A DNA stretch of 64,000 nucleotides from Patescibacteria group bacterium (GTDB lineage Bacteria > Patescibacteriota > Patescibacteriia > Veblenbacterales > UBA10138), in contig JBAZOT010000006.1 of assembly GCA_041648575.1 (NCBI GenBank), positions 11,893 through 75,892 of the forward strand, in the 5' to 3' direction. Position numbers and translations under genes: made by a program. This document shows, one piece after another, positions 58,374 through 64,000 of the stretch (position 1 is the stretch's first letter; each line of letters opens with the position of its first letter). Under the pieces are notes generated by a model. The model was not told the DNA's origin. It did no database searches and saw only the letters and a list, made by a program, of their open reading frames with translations.

Positions 58374-59327
58374 ATGCTAACTTATTTTCTTTTTGTCATT
58401 GGTTTTGTAATCTTAATTAAGGGCGCGGATTGGTTAGTAGACGGCGCTTCATCAGTTGCTAAAAAATTTGGTATTTCCACGCTGGTAATTGGTTTAACAG
58501 TGGTAGCTTTTGGCACTTCGGCACCCGAATTAATTGTAAACATCTTGGCTAGCATTAACGGGAATTCTGACATTGCTATTGGTAATATTTTAGGCAGCAA
58601 TATTTGTAATATCTTGCTAATCTTAGGTATAGCGGCAATCATCTATCCGCTAACAGTCAAGCGAGGTACAGTTTGGAAAGAAATACCCCTAGCATTGCTG
58701 GCTGTTATCGCAGTAGCTTTAATGGCTAATGATATTTTTATTGAAGGAGGTGGCTGGTCGGGCTTAACTCGGATTGACGGCTTAATATTATTAGCATTTT
58801 TCCTAATCTTTTTGTATTATGTTTTTGAAATCAGCAAAACCGGCCAGTCAAACGATACAAAAATAAAAAATTATTCACTTCTGATCTCGTTAAGTATGAT
58901 AGCAGGTGGATTAGTCAGTCTTACCCTGGGCGGTAAATGGGTAGTAGATGGGGCAGTGGCTATTGCTCAGACTTTTAATATTAGTGAGGCGCTAATTGGT
59001 TTAACTATCGTGGCTATTGGCACCAGTTTACCTGAACTAGCTACTTCAGCAGTAGCTGCTTATAAACATAACTCGGACATTGCCGTAGGAAATATTGTTG
59101 GTTCAAATATTTTTAATATTTTTTGGATCTTAGGTTTAAGCGCTGTCATTAGGCCGCTGCCATTTTCGGAAGCATTAAATACCGATGTTCTGGTAACTAT
59201 GATTGCTACCATACTTTTATTCATGGTAATGTTCGTTGGAAAAAAACACACGCTTGAACGCTGGCAAGGCGTAACGTTTGTAATAATCTATATTATTTAT
59301 ATTGTTTACTTAATTTACCGCGGCTGA
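58374..59327 (+). CDS. Ca2+/Na+ antiporter (YrbG family)
   Basis: GTSAPEL...GNILGSN and GTSLPEL...GNIVGSNIFN. Confidence 0.9.
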   Translation: MLTYFLFVIGFVILIKGADWLVDGASSVAKKFGISTLVIGLTVVAFGTSAPELIVNILASINGNSDIAIGNILGSNICNILLILGIAAIIYPLTVKRGTVWKEIPLALLAVIAVALMANDIFIEGGGWSGLTRIDGLILLAFFLIFLYYVFEISKTGQSNDTKIKNYSLLISLSMIAGGLVSLTLGGKWVVDGAVAIAQTFNISEALIGLTIVAIGTSLPELATSAVAAYKHNSDIAVGNIVGSNIFNIFWILGLSAVIRPLPFSEALNTDVLVTMIATILLFMVMFVGKKHTLERWQGVTFVIIYIIYIVYLIYRG

Positions 59328-59489
59328 AAAAAACCGAATTTTTAGGCTCGGCCAATATTTGTTCTGTGGCCGCGACCTGGTGGATGATACGGAGCGTTAA
59401 TTTGCCGCTTGGTGTTTTCTGATTTTCTAACCTTAAAAGCCGACGGCGTCCTATACCGCGTCATTTGTTTATTTGATTTACCTGCATAA

Positions 59490-59924
59490 TTACGCATTGA
59501 ATTTTTCCTTTAGCAATCGTGTTAATTTATTAAAAATCTCTTGATTAACTTCATTTACTTTATCTAACTCTGGCGCAACAGGCCAACCAGCATCTTTAAA
59601 TACCGTGCCAGCGAATTCTTTACTTTCCGAATAACGCGGTATTACATGAAAGTGAACCTCGGGATCTACCATCATTAACATTAAATAATTAATTTTTTCG
59701 TAACTAAAAAGTTCCTTTATCTTTGTTTCAATTTCTGGAATTATCTGATTTAATTCACAAAACGCCTTTGACGAAATATCTGACCAGTTATTAACCCCTT
59801 CGCGACAAATTAAAATCAATGAACCCAGTGTTACTTGCTTGGGTCTAACCAAAACCCGCCAATGTTTATATTCTTTAACCAAAGTCTCCGGATAGCCAAA
59901 TTTTTTAAGTGTTACTAACATCAT
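59490..59924 (-). CDS. HIT family protein
   Basis: QVTLGSLIL, KINYLMLMMVDPEVHFHVIPRY; the track's N-terminal extension is att-derived. Confidence 0.8.
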   Translation of the reverse strand: MMLVTLKKFGYPETLVKEYKHWRVLVRPKQVTLGSLILICREGVNNWSDISSKAFCELNQIIPEIETKIKELFSYEKINYLMLMMVDPEVHFHVIPRYSESKEFAGTVFKDAGWPVAPELDKVNEVNQEIFNKLTRLLKEKFNA

Positions 59925-60233
59925 ATATATAAATGGTGGATCTGGAGGGAATTGAACCATTTTAAGGCAAAATGGTAATCTCCAATAAACACGAGATAAA
60001 TTGCTAATGGTAGCTGAAAAACAGATTCTCAGTTACTATCAGCTCTAATCAGATTTTATCACATTTCATCACTTCTTGGGCAACCGGTGGGCAACACTGG
60101 GGAAGTGGTGAGGTGGTACTAAAAACAAAAACGATCCCCTTTTAGTATTAAGGTCTATGGGATACCGTGCTGGAGTTTTGTGGTTGGTTTGAAAAATTTA
60201 GACAACAGCCCAGCAACACTGGGGAGGTGATGA

Positions 60234-60605
60234 TTAATTCGTGATGCAAATTTCTGACATTCTGGCAACTAAATAGACCATTATAACAACTAGAGCAAGA
60301 TTTACTAATTGATAGAAGCCCGTTAGCCATAGATTAATTCGATCAAACTTTCCATTAGGAGCTTTTTCATATCGCGCTTTTAACCTTCCTCTAAAGTCCT
60401 TAATAGCATGCCTAAATACAAGCCCGACACACGAATATAAGAAAATTGTTAAAAATATTTGTAGTTGCCCCCCTTGGAAAACAAAAGCAAATATTAGAAG
60501 GATAGTAGCAATAAAAAAAAGTATAAAATAAGGAGGCTCTTTAAGAAGAGCAACTAGATAATCCATAAATTTATTGAGCCAACCTTGATTTTGTATTGTT
60601 TCCAT
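60234..60605 (-). CDS. small 3-TM membrane protein (islet cargo)
   Basis: 123 aa hydrophobic ORF. Confidence 0.55.
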   Translation of the reverse strand: METIQNQGWLNKFMDYLVALLKEPPYFILFFIATILLIFAFVFQGGQLQIFLTIFLYSCVGLVFRHAIKDFRGRLKARYEKAPNGKFDRINLWLTGFYQLVNLALVVIMVYLVARMSEICITN

Positions 60606-60700
60606 ATCTTCGTATTACACCCAAAAAGGGAATTAGTAAAGGTTAATAAAAAACCAACTAGTAACACTGGGGGGTGGTTGTAATAAGTTTCCAATATTAT

Positions 60701-61456
60701 TTATGTTTTCACTTCACCAATCTTCGTTTCTTTTCGTTTTTGGTAGTCATCTATTAGCTCCGGATAGTGTATTGGGGCGGGTATTCTTGTTGTAGTAAGG
60801 TCTGGGTAAATTTGGTTCATAACAAATAATTTATTATTTTCATTGTAGGAAATCAATATTTGACCTTCGTTTTGTAAATTCAATTTAACAAGCGAATCGT
60901 GTAACTCCTCAAAATTAACATCTGATATGTCACCGCCAGTTTGAAGAGTTATCAATAGATTTATATGACCTAATTTATTACCATAATGATGCATTTTTTT
61001 CTTTATAAATGTGAGTAGTTCGACGGTGTCGATTTTTTCTCTATATCTCTTAAGTTGAAACAACCTAATCTCGCCTTGTGATATGATGCCAAAGTCGATG
61101 GGTGTTTTCTTTTCCAAAATACTAAGTAAATCTTCAATGGTGTTAATTTTATATTTATTAAGATTAATACTATTTTTTATTTCCAGGCAAATTTTTCCAG
61201 CATCGTCATAATACTTTAGATAAATATAAAAAGCGACAAATAGCTCCGTTTCATCATTATTTATTTGCAACATGTCCGAAATTGCACCAGAAAATTCTAT
61301 CATTTTTTGTTTATCATCGGATAAATCATTAAGGCTGAGTCCCCGTTTTTTTAATGCGGCATCCAATAATATAAATGCCTTTTGTCGAAATAATACCTCA
61401 TATTCACTTTTACTAATGCAAATAAAATTTTTATCTAACGATTTTAAAGAATACAT
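60701..61456 (-). CDS. hypothetical protein, possible PD-(D/Q)xK nuclease fold (islet cargo)
   Basis: PIDFGIISQGEIRLFQLKRY motif. Confidence 0.55.
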   Translation of the reverse strand: MYSLKSLDKNFICISKSEYEVLFRQKAFILLDAALKKRGLSLNDLSDDKQKMIEFSGAISDMLQINNDETELFVAFYIYLKYYDDAGKICLEIKNSINLNKYKINTIEDLLSILEKKTPIDFGIISQGEIRLFQLKRYREKIDTVELLTFIKKKMHHYGNKLGHINLLITLQTGGDISDVNFEELHDSLVKLNLQNEGQILISYNENNKLFVMNQIYPDLTTTRIPAPIHYPELIDDYQKRKETKIGEVKT

Positions 61457-61688
61457 AGCTTATTTTCTCAATTCTAGACATATTATTTTCCCGCCATAAA
61501 AATCTTCCCTCGGACGAAGCCTAATTACTTTATTGTTTTCATCTACTTGGATATTCATCTCTGACATGCAATTATTCTAGCATATTCGGAATAAAACCAC
61601 CCTCATCAGGTGGTCAGCACCCTTTCACCACCATAATTGATAAATTAAAAATCAGCCCATTAATATTGGGCAGAATAATTATCTCTAG

Positions 61689-61763
61689 TGGTGGGTCTGG
61701 AGGGAATCGAACCCTCGACGCTCGGCTTAAAAGGCCGACGCTCTACCTCTGAGCTACAGACCC
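61689..61763 (-). tRNA. tRNA-Lys(TTT)
   Basis: GGGTCTGTAGCTCAG...TCGGC-CT-TTT-AA-GCCGA...GGTTCGATTCC...CAGACCCACCA. Confidence 0.93.
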
Positions 61764-61833
61764 CTATTAATTAATAGCTAATGATATATAAGCCACCTGC
61801 ATTTATGAATCCTAGCGGTTTTTAATTATTTTT

Positions 61834-62367
61834 TCAAGCCCGCTTACTGATGGGTAAATCCAATAAAGTAAACAATAATTGTCTGGTAACATCCACATCA
61901 GCCATGGCGCGGTGGGCTTTGGGTTGAGGTATGTTAAAATGACGCGCTAAATAAGCCAAACTATAGCTCGCTACAGCCACTTTGCTTCTAGCTAATTCTA
62001 ATGTATCTAATGTCGAATTAGCCACCCTCGGCAATCCTAAATCTTTTAAATGTTTATTAATAAATCCTAAATCAAAACCAATATTATGAGCCACTAAAGT
62101 TGCGCCAGTTGAGAACAAAATAAACGCCGGAATCACTTCAATTAATAGTTTACCTTGTTCAGCCACCACTTTATTGGAAATACCATGCACTGCTTCAGCT
62201 TCTTTATCTATTTTTACGCCCGGATTTACAATAGTCTCAAACACATCAACAATCTGGCGAGAATGAATCCGCTGGGCTGCTAACTCCACAATGGCATGGC
62301 CTTCATCTGGTTTCATACCAGTGGTTTCTACATCAAATATTACATAATCAGTATCATCATTAAACAT
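61834..62367 (-). CDS. DEDDh 3'-5' exonuclease (DnaQ-like)
   Basis: IFDVETTG, VHGI, VAHNIGFD, HRAMADV. Confidence 0.9.
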   Translation of the reverse strand: MFNDDTDYVIFDVETTGMKPDEGHAIVELAAQRIHSRQIVDVFETIVNPGVKIDKEAEAVHGISNKVVAEQGKLLIEVIPAFILFSTGATLVAHNIGFDLGFINKHLKDLGLPRVANSTLDTLELARSKVAVASYSLAYLARHFNIPQPKAHRAMADVDVTRQLLFTLLDLPISKRA

Positions 62368-62437
62368 GATTTGACGGTAGCGGATTTTTTGATAGTTGTC
62401 TAGTTTTTTGTGGTAGTTATTTATAATTTTTATTTTT

Positions 62438-62510
62438 GTTAGGGGTAGAGGGCTCGGAGTTGCGAAGCCCGCCCTCTACCCCTAACTACCCCACACCCGG
62501 CACGCTTTTT
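62438..62510. repeat. ~70-bp structured repeat, copy 2 (inverted)
   Basis: reverse complement aligns end to end with 39160-39230. Confidence 0.7.
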
Positions 62511-62870
62511 AGGGAACGCCAAAGCGCGGACAAACGGACGTGCTATGCAAAGATTACAACAACACGCACGTTCTGAGGCCCGCGCAATGGCGTTTATTAA
62601 TTTAAAATATGCCACCATAGCGAGGGTAAGCTAACGGCGTGGAACCGGAGCAAGCAAAATAGTAGCCGCGTGTCGTGCCCTTGCAGCATAGCGGCTACCG
62701 TGAGCTACGGTAACGCCGTCTTGCTCGAAGCTCTAGGTGGCGATTTTTCCCACCACTTTTTCTAAAAAAGTGGTGAAAAGTATTGTGGACAAAACGTGTG
62801 AAAAAGGTGTATTTAATCACCCTTGCTTTTAAACTTTCAAAAAGTTAAACTAAATCCACTTGCTTACTAT

Positions 62871-64000
62871 ATGCTCAATATAACCGAAAAACTACCGCCC
62901 CAGAACTTAGAAGCTGAAGCCTCAACTTTGGGTTCTTTATTAATAGATAAAGACGCTATTGTAAAAGTGGCTGACATTTTGGAGCCAGTAGATTTTTATA
63001 ATGATAACAATGGGCAAATTTATCAATCAATGGTGGAATTGTATGAGGATCGTACACCAATTGATGTTTTAAGCTTGGGTAGTAAGCTTTCAGAAAAGGG
63101 AATTTTAGAAGCCATTGGTGGTCACACTTATTTAACCGAGTTAACCAACTCTGTGCCTACTGCCAGCAATGTGGTGCATTATGCTAAAATTGTTCAACGC
63201 AAAAGCACGCTTAGAAAATTATTACGTTCGGCCAGTGAAATTTCTTCTTTAGCTTACCAAGAAAGCGATGATGTGGAAGAAGTGCTAGACAAAGCCGAAA
63301 GCAAATTGTTCAGTGTTTCACAAAAATTCTATAAACAAGTATTTATTCCCATTAAATCTGTTTTAACCGATGCTTTTGACCGTATAGATGACTTGCATAA
63401 AGGAAGTGGGAAACTTAGGGGTATAGCCACTGGTTTTACAGACTTAGATAATTTGTTAGCAGGTTTGCAAAGATCAGATTTTGTTGTACTAGCCGCCCGA
63501 CCTTCAGTTGGTAAAACCACCTTGGCTCTTGATATTGCTCGCCATGTGGCTATAAAAAATAAAATTCCCGTAGGTATATTTAGCTTAGAAATGTCCAAAG
63601 AGCAATTAGTGGATAGATTATTATGCTCTGAAGCGAATGTTGATTTATGGCGCATGCGCACTGGTAAACTATCTGACAAGGAAGATGATTTTCCGCGCAT
63701 CGGCCATGCCATGGGCGTACTTTCTGAAGCGCCGATTTTCATTGATGATTCAGCTACGGCCAATATTATGGAAATTCGCACTAAAGCCAGGCGACTGCAA
63801 TCTGAACACGGTGTCGGGCTCTTATTAATAGATTATCTACAGTTATTAGAAGGACGGAATACTGATAATCGCGTACAAGAAGTTTCAGAAATAACCAGGG
63901 GTTTAAAAGCTATTGCCCGCGAACTTAATGTGCCGGTGCTAGCTTTATCACAACTGGCGCGTGCTGTAGAAATGAGTAAACCAGCTATACCAAAACTCTC
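62871..64000 (+). CDS. dnaB: replicative DNA helicase (runs off window end)
   Basis: Not in the ORF track. ATG 62871 MLNITEKLPPQNLEAEASTLGSLL...; LAARPSVGKT, FSLEMSKEQLVDR, IIDYLQL, ARELNVPVLALSQL. Confidence 0.95.
   Translation, partial: MLNITEKLPPQNLEAEASTLGSLLIDKDAIVKVADILEPVDFYNDNNGQIYQSMVELYEDRTPIDVLSLGSKLSEKGILEAIGGHTYLTELTNSVPTASNVVHYAKIVQRKSTLRKLLRSASEISSLAYQESDDVEEVLDKAESKLFSVSQKFYKQVFIPIKSVLTDAFDRIDDLHKGSGKLRGIATGFTDLDNLLAGLQRSDFVVLAARPSVGKTTLALDIARHVAIKNKIPVGIFSLEMSKEQLVDRLLCSEANVDLWRMRTGKLSDKEDDFPRIGHAMGVLSEAPIFIDDSATANIMEIRTKARRLQSEHGVGLLLIDYLQLLEGRNTDNRVQEVSEITRGLKAIARELNVPVLALSQLARAVEMSKPAIPKL

Larger units (their letters stand above)
59934..61713. mobile_element. islet bounded by a duplicated tRNA-Lys 3' end
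   Basis: 59934-59958 tggtggatctggagggaattgaacc versus 61689-61713 tggtgggtctggagggaatcgaacc (23/25 identical). Confidence 0.7.

Noticed and set aside
1-64000. Alternative genetic code (TGA recoding as in Gracilibacteria/SR1)
   Set aside because: Conserved genes are full length in code 11, and several (e.g. aspS, scpA) end at TGA at the expected position.

Overview
AT-rich (code 11) bacterial chromosome segment, most consistent with a Patescibacteria/CPR genome (inference from gene content, a short AspRS, W-x-T-Y-x-N-x-x-Y-G-F surface proteins and LPAGRQ-type palindromes). Most genes lie on the minus strand. Housekeeping genes: uppS, HU, rpmG, tpiA, scpA/scpB, aspS, asnS, partial dnaB, a DnaQ-like exonuclease and seven tRNAs (Pro, Trp, Thr x2, Tyr, Asn, Lys). 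Also present: a copper-export operon, Ca/Na transporters, minor type IV pilins, and surface proteins including a subtilase ending in a Hint domain. Three non-genic architectures stand out. (1) A ~7.5 kb array of one-to-three-gene cassettes next to tRNA-Trp is punctuated by seven related junctions, each joining the tRNA 3' end to a remnant reading frame (W/QGIVEDVRT...YIPDLR) that looks like the tail of a recombinase. (2) Around aspS, five extra copies of the aspS 5' end (9-25 codons) each follow the stop codon of an accessory gene, three of which are modular variable lipoproteins. (3) tRNA-Thr, -Tyr and -Asn are accompanied by partial or full ghost copies of themselves riddled with small palindromic insertions, one cluster sitting beside a GIY-YIG nuclease gene. 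A smaller att-bounded islet sits at tRNA-Lys. No CRISPR array, rRNA, intact integrase or reverse transcriptase is visible. All calls are by eye, and no database search was run.
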